DNA of 64,000 bases from Rhodospirillales bacterium (GTDB taxonomy: Bacteria; Pseudomonadota; Alphaproteobacteria; Rhodospirillales; 2-12-FULL-67-15). The DNA lies in assembly GCA_016872535.1 (NCBI GenBank), contig VGZQ01000003.1:9856-73855 (forward strand). Direction: 5' to 3'. The notes beneath the pieces are model-generated. The model was not told the DNA's origin. It saw only the letters and a list, made by a program, of their open reading frames with translations, and searched no databases. This document shows positions 39,890 to 48,447 of the stretch, piece by piece. A program made the position numbers and the translations under genes. Each line of letters starts with the position of its first letter. Position 1 is the first letter of the stretch.

Positions 39890-41020
39890 TCAATCCCGCG
39901 GCCGAACCAGAATTAACGCGGGCACGAGGGCGGCCGCCGACAGCGCGACCATGGCGAGGAACGCCACGGCGGAAGAGGCGGCATAAAGCGGCCCGACGGC
40001 GTACACGGCGATGCCGAGGCCGAGACCCATCACGGTCGCCGAATAGTAGCTCTGGGCCGTCGCCGACACCGACGGCGAAACACGCTGGGCGATGAAATGG
40101 ATGGCGCCAAGATGGGCGGCACCGAAAGTAAAGGCGTGTAGCGCCTGCGTGACAATCAGCACCGGCAGCGCCTCGCTCGCGGCAACGGCCGTCCAGCGGA
40201 TGATACCGGCGGCACCCGCCAGCGCCACCAGCGCCGACGGCGAAATCCGGCGCAGCACCGCCGGGCCGAACGCGAACAGGATTATTTCGGCGATGACCCC
40301 TTCGGCCCAGAGCGCGCCGATCACCGTTTCGGAATGGCCGGCCGCGCGCCAGTGCAGGGTACCGAAAGCGTAGTAAGCGGCATGGCTCGCCTGGACGAGC
40401 GAACACGCGAGCAACATGGCGAGAAACGGGCGATCACCGAGAAGTTCAAGCGCGGCCGGACGCCCGACGGCCGCCGGCGCGCGCGCGTCCGGTACGGCGG
40501 CGACCGCGCCGACCACCAGCGCCATCGCCGGCACCAGCAACGCGAGAACCGTTTCGCCAGGGCGTCCGGCCAGCCAGGCGCCGCTACCGGCGGCGGCGGC
40601 AACAAATGCGATCGAGCCCCACAGCCGAACGCGGCCATAATCGAAATCCCCCGCCCGCGCCGCGAGCAGGGTCAGGCTTTCGCCGAGCGGCATCACCGGC
40701 GCCCACAGGGCGAGGAACAGCAGGTTGACGAGCAGGATTGCCGTAAATCCCTCGGCGACAAAAAAAGCGGCGAAGACCATGCTCGCGCCGAGGACGAGGG
40801 CGAGCATGATCGGCCGGCGCGCGCCGCTTCGGTCGGCGAAATGGGCGATTAGCGGATTGACCGCGACCTTAACGACGATGCCGGCAGCGATGATGAGGGC
40901 GATCCCTTCCGCATCGATCCCCTTGGCCGCGAGCCACACCGGCCAGAACGGCAGATGGATGCCGGCGAACACGAAGAAGGCGGCGTAGAAAAAGGAGAGG
41001 CGAATCGCGTCGCCGCGCAT
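39890..41020 (-). CDS. MFS transporter (MFS_1_like / 3-phenylpropionate-transporter-like)
   Basis: 376-aa ORF with about 12 TM helices. Confidence 0.75.
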   Translation of the reverse strand: MRGDAIRLSFFYAAFFVFAGIHLPFWPVWLAAKGIDAEGIALIIAAGIVVKVAVNPLIAHFADRSGARRPIMLALVLGASMVFAAFFVAEGFTAILLVNLLFLALWAPVMPLGESLTLLAARAGDFDYGRVRLWGSIAFVAAAAGSGAWLAGRPGETVLALLVPAMALVVGAVAAVPDARAPAAVGRPAALELLGDRPFLAMLLACSLVQASHAAYYAFGTLHWRAAGHSETVIGALWAEGVIAEIILFAFGPAVLRRISPSALVALAGAAGIIRWTAVAASEALPVLIVTQALHAFTFGAAHLGAIHFIAQRVSPSVSATAQSYYSATVMGLGLGIAVYAVGPLYAASSAVAFLAMVALSAAALVPALILVRPRD

Positions 41021-41148
41021 GACGATTTTCCGCTAAAGTGGACCGGGCCGAAGATAGGGCCGCGCGCCGGAAAGGGAAACAGCGGGTTGCGGAGGTCGCG
41101 ACTCCCGCTACGACGATCTACCGGACCCGCGATAGAGGGAAATGATCG

Positions 41149-42099
41149 ATGCGAATCGCTTTTGTCGGCGCGGGCGGAGTCGGAGGATATTTCGGGGCTC
41201 GGCTGATGGCCGCCGGGAACAGCGTCGCCTTCGTCGCGCGCGGCGCGCACCTGGCGGCGATGCGCCAAAATGGCCTCGAGGTGAAAAGCGCGCGCGGCGA
41301 TTTGCGCCTTCACCCGGTCGAGGCGAGCGAAGACGCGCGGGCGATCGGTCCGGTCGACATCGCCGTCGTCGCAGTCAAGTTGTATGACACCGAGGCGGCG
41401 GCGGAAGCCTGTTGTCATTTGATCGGCCCCGGCACGGCGGTAGTGTCGCTGCAAAACGGCGTCACCGGTGCCGACACGTTGCGGAAAGCGGTCGGCCCCG
41501 AGCGCGTCTTCGGCGGCATCGCCTACATCATGGCGACGATCGATCGACCCGGAACGATCGTCCACACCGGCACGATGGCGCGGATCGTGCTTGGGGAATT
41601 CGGCGGCGGCGGAAGCACCCGCGTCACCACGTTCGCACAGGCCCTGCGCGGCGCCGGGGTTGATGTCGAGGAAAGCTCCGACATCGACGCCGCGATCTGG
41701 GGTAAATTCGCCTTTCTCGCGCCGTTGAGCGGCATCACGTCGCTCGCGCGCGCGACCGTCGGGCCGATCCGGCGGGATCCGGGAACGCGCGCACTGTTCG
41801 AACGGGCGATCGCCGAAACGGTGGCGGTGGCGCGCGCCCGCGGGATCGCGTTGCCGGAGGATGCGGTCGCGCGGACGATGGCGTTTCTCGACGGGCTGCC
41901 GGACGACATGGGCTCATCCATGTATTATGACCTGCGCCACGGCAAAAGGCTGGAGCTTCCGCATCTCTCCGGCGCGGTCGTACGTCTGGGGCGCGAGGCG
42001 GGCGTGGCGACTCCGACCCACGATTTCATCGTTGCCGCGCTTGGGCTTCACGCCGCCGGTGCGCCGGCCGCTATTTCCGAAGCCAATTCGCGCAAATAA
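41149..42099 (+). CDS. panE: 2-dehydropantoate 2-reductase (ketopantoate reductase family)
   Basis: 316-aa ORF. MRIAFVGAGGVGGYFG Rossmann motif and ApbA_C-like domain. Confidence 0.8.
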   Translation: MRIAFVGAGGVGGYFGARLMAAGNSVAFVARGAHLAAMRQNGLEVKSARGDLRLHPVEASEDARAIGPVDIAVVAVKLYDTEAAAEACCHLIGPGTAVVSLQNGVTGADTLRKAVGPERVFGGIAYIMATIDRPGTIVHTGTMARIVLGEFGGGGSTRVTTFAQALRGAGVDVEESSDIDAAIWGKFAFLAPLSGITSLARATVGPIRRDPGTRALFERAIAETVAVARARGIALPEDAVARTMAFLDGLPDDMGSSMYYDLRHGKRLELPHLSGAVVRLGREAGVATPTHDFIVAALGLHAAGAPAAISEANSRK

Positions 42100-42866
42100 T
42101 CGAGGCCGGCGACCGCCCGGCTGCCGTACCAGGACAGCAGATCGCCCTCGACCAGATGTGCTTTGCCGGTCGCGCCCGGAAACTGCCGGACAAAGTCGTC
42201 GACATGCCGCTCCTTGAAGGGGAACGGTTCGGTCGCGAATAGGATCAAGTCGGCGTCGTCGACGGTGGGCGGATCGATCCCGATTTTCGGATAGCGCCGT
42301 TCCGGGTCGTGGCCGAGCGTGTGCCAGTTTGCGGCGGCCAACATGCGCGCGATGTACGTGTCGTGGGAAACGGTCATCCACGGGTTCATCCAGATCAAAT
42401 AAATGGCGCGGCGGGCGGGAAAAGCTTTCGCCGCTTGGGCGAGGCGCGCGCGCGCGGCGGCGAACCGTTCGGCCAGCGCTTCCGCCTCGCGCGTCCGGCC
42501 GAACATACCGCCGATCAAGCGATAGAGCGGCAAGTTATCCTCCGGCGTAATCGGGTAGGTCACCACGGTCCGGATGCCGAGGCGGGCGATTTCGTCGGCC
42601 ATCTCTTTGGGATTCTCGTCGATATTGAGCAGGACATGGGTGGGCGCGAGCGCCGCTAGCCGACGCATGTTGATCCGCTTCGGGCCGCCGAGGCTCTTGA
42701 TTTTGCGGGTCGCGGGCGAAGGGCGTACGCACCAGGCGGTCCGCCCCACCACTTGCGCACCGAGCCCAAGGTCGAACAGCAGCTCCGTCAGGCTCGGCAC
42801 CAAGGACACAATACGCGCGCCCGGTGCCGGTTCATGGTTTTGTCCGATCGCGTCGATCAAGTCCAT
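42048..42866 (-). CDS. Peripla_BP_2 / helical-backbone metal-receptor-type (BtuF-like) binding protein, no signal peptide
   Basis: 272-aa ORF. RIVSLVPSLTELLFDLGL...VVGRT motif typical of the cobalamin/siderophore SBP fold. I see no N-terminal signal sequence. Confidence 0.7.
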   Translation of the reverse strand: MDLIDAIGQNHEPAPGARIVSLVPSLTELLFDLGLGAQVVGRTAWCVRPSPATRKIKSLGGPKRINMRRLAALAPTHVLLNIDENPKEMADEIARLGIRTVVTYPITPEDNLPLYRLIGGMFGRTREAEALAERFAAARARLAQAAKAFPARRAIYLIWMNPWMTVSHDTYIARMLAAANWHTLGHDPERRYPKIGIDPPTVDDADLILFATEPFPFKERHVDDFVRQFPGATGKAHLVEGDLLSWYGSRAVAGLDYLRELASEIAAGAPAA

Positions 42867-42912
42867 TTTGGAACACTTTTAGTTTATCTCCGCCACAACA
42901 CCGTCGCGGCGT

Positions 42913-42943
42913 AATGCATTAACATCCTCGAGCATTCATTAAC
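42913..42943. promoter_or_regulatory. Two copies of CATTAACA spaced exactly 20 bp apart in an AT-rich divergent intergenic island
   Basis: aatgCATTAACAtcc at 42913 and cattCATTAACAccg at 42933, read directly. Local GC is far below the window average. Confidence 0.25.
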
Positions 42944-43104
42944 ACCGATCGCGCCGCTAAAAATTCTTTTGAATACAGCGTGATAACGTCTTCGAAGCGG
43001 GCTTGCATGGACATGCTCGATGGCGTTGGACATACTTTCACATTGGCTAAAATAATCCAGGATTGCACCTGGGTCCAACCGAAGCGGTTCATCGCGATAA
43101 ATCA

Positions 43105-44913
43105 ATGCTCCAGTCCGCCAGGGGAAAAAAATCGTTGAGTGCCCGGAACGGCAAGGCCGCCCACGGTGGTCCCGAGCGGCGGAAGTCCAATCGCCCTTGG
43201 AGTAAGCGAATGGCGGCGAAATCCGCCGGCCACGACGCGAGATGGTCGGCGGGATTCGCCGAGGAGTGTCCCGAGCCTATCTTGCGTGTTTCGCCGGAAG
43301 GGCGGGTCCTGTTCGTCAACGATCCGGCCAATTTCCTCCTTGGCTTTTGGCAAGTCGGCCTCGGCGACACATTGCCGTCGCCGTGGCCGGGAACCCTCGG
43401 CGCGCTGTTCGCCGGCACGGAAATGATATCCGCCGTCGAGATGGAATGCGAAGGGCGCGTGTTCGCGTTGACCCTGCAACCCGTCCGCGCGCAGGGGTAT
43501 ATTAATATTTGGGGCCGTGACGCGACCGCCGCGCGCCGCGCCGAAGCCGAAGTCCAACGCGTCGTTCATCACGATCCGCTGACGGGCCTGCCCAACCGGA
43601 CGCTGTTTCTGGACCGCCTCGAACAAACCGTTCTGCAGGCGCGCCGCGCCCGCACCCAGGCCGCGGTTCATCTTGTCAACCTGGACTTCTTCAAGGAGAT
43701 CAACGATACCGCCGGCCACGCGGTCGGCGACGGGATTCTGAAAGCCATGGCAGAACGCCTGCTCGCCACGGTGCGCGATACGGACACCGTCGCGCGCCTC
43801 GGTTCGGACGAATTCGCCGTCATCCAGGGCGAATTGCGCGAAACCGACGGCGCGGACGTTCTGGCGCGGAAGATTCTCGAGGCGTTCAAGCCGCCGCTGG
43901 CCGTCGACGGCCAGGTCCATAAGTGTTCGATCACGGTCGGGGTCAGCCTGTTTCCCGACGACGGCCAGGACGCGCCGGAACTTCTTCGCCACGCCGATCT
44001 TGCCCTGTTCCACGCCAAGAAGGAGGAGCGCGGCGGCTATCGTTTCTATACCGCGAAGATGAACGAAACGCTGCAGCGGCGACGCAGCATCGAGCAGGAT
44101 CTCAGCGGCGCGCTCGACCGCCAGGAATTCGTCCTCCATTACCAGCCGAAAATGAACGCCCGCACCGGCGAGGTGTGCGGCATGGAAGCGTTGATCCGCT
44201 GGCGCCATCCCGAAAAGGGCTTCGTATCGCCAGGCGATTTCATTCCGGTGGCCGAGCGTTCGCGCCTGATCATCCCGATCGGCGAATGGTCGTTGTTCGA
44301 GGCCTGTCGCCGGACCAAGGCGTGGCACGACGCCGGCCTGCCCAAGGCCAAGGCAGCGGTTAATCTGTCGGCGGTGCAGCTGCGCGACAAGTCCTTGGTT
44401 GAATCGGTAACCTGGATTCTCGATGGCACCGGCCTCGCCCCCGAATTCCTGGAGTTGGAGATCACCGAAAGCGTCGCCATGCGCGATGTCGACGAAACGA
44501 TCCGGCTGTTCAAGCAACTGGCCGATCTCGGAGTTTCGCTGTCGATCGACGATTTCGGCACCGGTTATTCGAGCTTGAGCTATTTGAAACGGTTTCCGGT
44601 CAAGCGCATCAAGATCGACCGCACGTTCGTTTCCGACATCGGCACGGACCCGACATCGGGCGCCATCGCCCGCGCCGTCACGACGCTTGGCCACGGTTTC
44701 GGCATGGAGATCACGGCCGAGGGAATCGAAACCCGTGAGCAGTTGGAGTTTCTCATCGACATCGGCGTCGACGAGATCCAGGGCTACTTTTTCAGCAAGC
44801 CGCTTGGCGCGGAAGATTTCGCCAAGTTTGTCGGCGCGCCGGATCCCCGCCATCCCGCGATCGAGGTGGTGCGCGGCCGCCAGAGCCGGATCGATGCTGA
44901 CATCGCCGGGTAG
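43105..44913 (+). CDS. PAS-like / GGDEF (degenerate GSDEF) / EAL c-di-GMP signalling protein, probable phosphodiesterase
   Basis: GGDEF domain (DPLTGLPNR ... RLGSDEFAV with RDTD five residues upstream). Intact EAL domain (EALIRW, NLS, EITE, DDFGTGYSSL, KIDR, EGIE, QGY). The start is ambiguous: TTG 43063, ATG 43105 or ATG 43210. Confidence 0.85.
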   Translation: MLQSARGKKSLSARNGKAAHGGPERRKSNRPWSKRMAAKSAGHDARWSAGFAEECPEPILRVSPEGRVLFVNDPANFLLGFWQVGLGDTLPSPWPGTLGALFAGTEMISAVEMECEGRVFALTLQPVRAQGYINIWGRDATAARRAEAEVQRVVHHDPLTGLPNRTLFLDRLEQTVLQARRARTQAAVHLVNLDFFKEINDTAGHAVGDGILKAMAERLLATVRDTDTVARLGSDEFAVIQGELRETDGADVLARKILEAFKPPLAVDGQVHKCSITVGVSLFPDDGQDAPELLRHADLALFHAKKEERGGYRFYTAKMNETLQRRRSIEQDLSGALDRQEFVLHYQPKMNARTGEVCGMEALIRWRHPEKGFVSPGDFIPVAERSRLIIPIGEWSLFEACRRTKAWHDAGLPKAKAAVNLSAVQLRDKSLVESVTWILDGTGLAPEFLELEITESVAMRDVDETIRLFKQLADLGVSLSIDDFGTGYSSLSYLKRFPVKRIKIDRTFVSDIGTDPTSGAIARAVTTLGHGFGMEITAEGIETREQLEFLIDIGVDEIQGYFFSKPLGAEDFAKFVGAPDPRHPAIEVVRGRQSRIDADIAG

Positions 44914-45065
44914 GGGCGCATTCCGCGCCACCTCAACGCGCTGATTCGACAACGAAAAAACCCCCGACGGCGCCGTTGCCGCTCATCCGACGCGTCCGGT
45001 TGTTTCGGCGGTCGCGAACGGCTATAAGCGCCGCCTTCACGACCCTGTAAGGCGGAATACAATCC

Positions 45066-45488
45066 ATGGTGAAAGAGCGTACCCTTTCCATCATCAAGCC
45101 GGATGCGACGCGGCGCAACCTGACCGGGCAGATCAACGCCCGCCTCGAACAAGCCGGCCTCGCCATCGTCGCGCAGAAGCGCATTCGTCTCACCCGCGCC
45201 CAGGCCGAAGCGTTCTACGCCGTTCATGCGGAGCGCGCGTTTTACCGGGATTTATGCGACTTTATGACCTCGGGCCCGGTGGTCGTGCAGGTGCTGGAAG
45301 GCGAAAACGCCGTTGCCCGTAATCGCGAGGTGATGGGGGCGACCAATCCGGCCAACGCTGCCGCCGGCACCATCCGCAAGGATTTCGCCGAAAGCATCGA
45401 GGCCAATTCGGTTCACGGGTCCGATTCGCCCGAAAACGCGGCTCGGGAAATCGCCTTTTTCTTCAGCGAGTGCGAAATCGTCGGCTGA
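45066..45488 (+). CDS. ndk: Nucleoside diphosphate kinase
   Basis: 140-aa [14 protein letters not shown] and NSVHGSDS active-site region. Confidence 0.95.
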   Translation: MVKERTLSIIKPDATRRNLTGQINARLEQAGLAIVAQKRIRLTRAQAEAFYAVHAERAFYRDLCDFMTSGPVVVQVLEGENAVARNREVMGATNPANAAAGTIRKDFAESIEANSVHGSDSPENAAREIAFFFSECEIVG

Positions 45489-45582
45489 TCGGCCGCGCCG
45501 CTTTCGACTTTCCCGTTTTTTTGTTCTTTGGATCGCAGAGCGATCCCCAGCCGCAATTCTTCTAATAACCTGAAAAATAATA

Positions 45583-45599
45583 GCAATATTATATATTGC
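45583..45599. promoter_or_regulatory. 17-bp AT-rich palindrome GCAATAT-TAT-ATATTGC overlapping a candidate -35 of the Fe(III)-SBP gene (Fur-type operator candidate)
   Basis: Perfect 7-bp arms read directly. A TTGCAA (45596-45601)-N17-TAATAA (45619-45624) candidate promoter follows. A further GATAATAAC Fur-hexamer-like stretch is at 45616-45624. Confidence 0.35.
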
Positions 45600-45663
45600 A
45601 ATTAGTTCTCATTTGCGATAATAACGCGTTGGTATGTAAGTGAAACACTGTGGAGATTGTGCG

Positions 45664-46689
45664 ATGCGTTCGTTCCTTTCGATTTGTTGCGTAATGGTTC
45701 TGGCTGGTGCGGCGCCCATGGCCCCGGCGATGGCGGCGGAACTCAACATCTATTCGGCCCGCCACTATCCCTCCGACGACGCGCTCTACGCCGGCTTCAC
45801 CCAGGCGACCGGCATCAAGATCAACCGGGTCGAGGCGAGCGGCGACAAACTGCTCGCGCGCCTGCGCCAGGAAGGACGCAACAGCCCGGCCGACGTTCTC
45901 ATGGTGGTGGACGCGGGCAATCTCTGGCTCGCCGAGAAGGAAGGATTGTTCCATCCGGTGAAGTCCGAGGGACTTGTGGCGCGAATCCCGCCCAACCTCC
46001 GCCACCCGGACGGCTTGTGGTTCGGCTTTTCCACCCGCGCCCGGGTGATCGTCTACAACAAGTCCCAGGTCGGTGCGGCCGACGCGCCCAAGCGCTATGA
46101 AGATCTCGCCGATGCCCGCTGGAAGGGCAAGGTGTGCATGCGCTCGTCGTCCAACGTCTACAATCTCTCCCTGATGGCGTCGCTCGTGCACCACCTGGGC
46201 GAGGCCAAGGCCGAAGCCTGGGCGCGCGGCGTGGTCGCCAATTTCGCCCGCGATCCCAAGGGCGGCGATACCGACCAGATCCGCGCCGTCGCCGCGGGCG
46301 AATGCGCCGTCACGCTCGCCAACACCTATTACGTCGTGCGTCTGATGAAATCGGACAAGGACGCCGACCGGGCGGTGGCGGAGAAAATCGCTGTCGTCTT
46401 CCCGAATCAAGGCGATCGGGGTACCCACGTCAACGTCTCGGGCGCGGGCATGCTCAAGCACGCACCGCACCCGGAAAACGCCGTGCGTTTCCTCGAATAT
46501 CTGCTCAGCCCCGAGGCGCAATCCTTGTTTGCCGTCGCCAACAACGAATATCCGGTGGCCGAGGACGTCGCCGGCGACGCGACGCTCATCAAGCTCGGCC
46601 GCTTCAAGGCCGACGATCTCGGGATTCATATCCTCGGCGAAAACCAGCCGCGCGCGCAGATGGCCTACGACCGGGCCGGGTTCAAATAA
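45664..46689 (+). CDS. Fe(III) ABC transporter periplasmic substrate-binding protein (FbpA/AfuA-like)
   Basis: Start at ATG 45664 after GGAG (MRSFLSICCVMVLAGAAPMAPAMA signal peptide); GTG 45640 is an alternative start. LNIYSARHY and VVFPNQ blocks. Confidence 0.85.
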   Translation: MRSFLSICCVMVLAGAAPMAPAMAAELNIYSARHYPSDDALYAGFTQATGIKINRVEASGDKLLARLRQEGRNSPADVLMVVDAGNLWLAEKEGLFHPVKSEGLVARIPPNLRHPDGLWFGFSTRARVIVYNKSQVGAADAPKRYEDLADARWKGKVCMRSSSNVYNLSLMASLVHHLGEAKAEAWARGVVANFARDPKGGDTDQIRAVAAGECAVTLANTYYVVRLMKSDKDADRAVAEKIAVVFPNQGDRGTHVNVSGAGMLKHAPHPENAVRFLEYLLSPEAQSLFAVANNEYPVAEDVAGDATLIKLGRFKADDLGIHILGENQPRAQMAYDRAGFK

Positions 46690-46700
46690 GTCGGGCGCCC

Positions 46701-48428
46701 TTAAGGTAATGCCGGTTGCGTTCCCGCGCGGCCGCGGGCGGCCGCGCGGGCGAGCATTACGATCGGCAGAAGCCCGACCAAGACGATGCCCAGCGACGCG
46801 GCGGCGGCCTCCGCCAGCCGTTCGTCGGCGGCGAGATTGTGCGCTTGCACCGCGAGGGTGTCGAAATTGAATGGCCTGAGCAACAGCGTCGCCGGCAGCT
46901 CCTTGGTGACATCGACGAACACGATCAGCAGGGCGGCAAGCAGGCTCGGGCGCAGCAGCGGCAAATGCACGCGCGCGAGCACGCGTCCCGGCCGGGCCCC
47001 GAGGGTGCGGGCGGCGCCGTCCATGCTGGGAGTGATCTTGGCAAGGCTCGCTTCCACGGTTTGCAGCGACACGGCGAGAAAGCGGACCAGGTAGGCGAAT
47101 ACCAGCGCGACGATGGTTCCGGTCAGGATCAATCCGGTTGAAATTCCGAACGTCGCGCGCATCCAGGAGTCCACGGCGTTGTCGAAGGCGCCGAGCGGGA
47201 TCAGCACCCCGACGGCGATCACCGATCCGGGCATCGCATAGCCCATGCCGGCTAGGCGTCCGGTTCCGAAGGATACCGGACCAGGATTTAAGCGCTGCGC
47301 GTAGGCAAGCAGCAGGGCGACAGCCAGCGCCAGCACCGCCGTGACTGCGGCGAGCGTCAGGGTGTTGGCGGCGAGACCGGCGAAGCGCGCACCCAAGTTC
47401 ATGCCATCGCCCGCAAACGTCAGGCCGGCGAGGATCGCGGCCGGCAACGCAAACCCGAACAGCAGCGGCAGGGCGCAGGCAAGAATGGCGAGCGCAGCGC
47501 GAGTTCCGCCAAGCACGTAGCGCGGCAGCGGCTTTGATCGTCCGGCGGTCTGGAAATAACGCGCTTGGCCGCGGTTGCGGCGCTCGGCCGCGATCAGCAC
47601 GACGACGAACGCCAGCAGCGCCAGCGACAGTTGCGCCGCCGCCACCGGGTCGTTCATGGAGAACCACGCGCGATAGATGCCGACCGTGAATGTCGGCACG
47701 CCGAAATAGGCGACGGTGCCGAAGTCGGCGAGCGTCTCCATCAGCGCCAGCGCCGCGCCGGCGACGATGGCCGGCCGCGCGAGCGGCACCGCGACCCGGA
47801 CGAAAGCCTCCCAGGCGTTGCATCCGAGCGCTCGGGCGGCCTCGATCGGGCCCGCGGACTGTTCCAGGAACGCGGCGCGGGCGAGCAGATAGACGTAAGG
47901 GTAAAGCACCGCGACGAACATCGCCGCGGCGCCGAGCAACGAGCGGATGTCGGGAAACCAGTAATCGCCCACCGACCAGCCGGTCAGCGCGCGCAGCGCA
48001 CCCTGCACCGGACCGGCCGGCTGGAAAAAATCGGTGTAGGCGTAAGCCGCGACATACGACGGCGCGGCAAGCGGCAACACCAGCGCCCATTCGAAGATGC
48101 GCCGGCCGGGAAACTCGCACATGGCGACGATCCAGGCGGCCGGCACCCCGACGATCACCACGCCGACGCCGACCATAACCACCAGCGCGAGCGTGTTGCC
48201 GATATAGGAGGGAAGAACCGTATCGGCGAGGTGCGCCCAGGCGCCTTGGCCGGGCGCGAAGGCATATAGGGCGACGGCGGCGATGGGCAGGATCAGGAGG
48301 CCGCCGACGAGAACCGCGAGGACGACAAGCGGGGACGGGCGCGCGCGGGACCGGGACGCGGACGCGGCGGGCGATGCGGCGGGAGAGACACTCATGCGTG
48401 CGGCATTGTCCGGGAAAAATCCCGGCAT
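46701..48428 (-). CDS. Fe(III) ABC transporter fused permease (FbpB-like, duplicated 6-TM halves)
   Basis: 575-aa polytopic ORF. Convergent with the SBP gene (11-bp gap) and 19 bp downstream of purN on the same strand. Confidence 0.85.
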   Translation of the reverse strand: MPGFFPDNAARMSVSPAASPAASASRSRARPSPLVVLAVLVGGLLILPIAAVALYAFAPGQGAWAHLADTVLPSYIGNTLALVVMVGVGVVIVGVPAAWIVAMCEFPGRRIFEWALVLPLAAPSYVAAYAYTDFFQPAGPVQGALRALTGWSVGDYWFPDIRSLLGAAAMFVAVLYPYVYLLARAAFLEQSAGPIEAARALGCNAWEAFVRVAVPLARPAIVAGAALALMETLADFGTVAYFGVPTFTVGIYRAWFSMNDPVAAAQLSLALLAFVVVLIAAERRNRGQARYFQTAGRSKPLPRYVLGGTRAALAILACALPLLFGFALPAAILAGLTFAGDGMNLGARFAGLAANTLTLAAVTAVLALAVALLLAYAQRLNPGPVSFGTGRLAGMGYAMPGSVIAVGVLIPLGAFDNAVDSWMRATFGISTGLILTGTIVALVFAYLVRFLAVSLQTVEASLAKITPSMDGAARTLGARPGRVLARVHLPLLRPSLLAALLIVFVDVTKELPATLLLRPFNFDTLAVQAHNLAADERLAEAAAASLGIVLVGLLPIVMLARAAARGRAGTQPALP

Positions 48429-48447
48429 TACAACCGCTTCGAGGACA

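Noticed and set aside
42867-43104. Cobalamin riboswitch upstream of the BtuF-like binding-protein gene
   Set aside because: Reading the minus-strand leader, I find no B12-box-like GCCACTG core or the surrounding conserved GC-rich helices. The region is AT-rich and unstructured-looking.
42884-43105. 73-aa minus-strand ORF filling the AT-rich island upstream of the GGDEF-EAL gene
   Set aside because: It has a TTG start with no SD. Codon usage and GC3 are unlike every confident gene in the window, and I recognise no motif. It is more likely regulatory DNA. A small horizontally acquired gene cannot be fully excluded without ribosome profiling or homology data.
43102-44952. 616-aa minus-strand ORF mirroring the 616-aa GGDEF-EAL ORF
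   Set aside because: It is an exact-length antisense partner of a gene with complete GGDEF/EAL motifs. The antisense translation has no motifs and is Arg/Gly/Ala rich, so the coincidence comes from stop-codon-poor GC-rich sequence.
45530-45546. GGATCGC-aga-GCGATCC hairpin as the ndk terminator
   Set aside because: The T-run (45515-45522) precedes rather than follows the stem on the plus strand, and the minus strand has no gene ending here. This is not a canonical intrinsic terminator, and its function is undetermined.
45589-48120. 843-aa minus-strand ORF covering the Fe(III) SBP gene (antisense) and the permease gene (out of frame)
   Set aside because: It starts inside the AT-rich promoter region. 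The translation is R/G/A/P-rich without TM segments, whereas the permease frame (46701..48428) is clearly polytopic.
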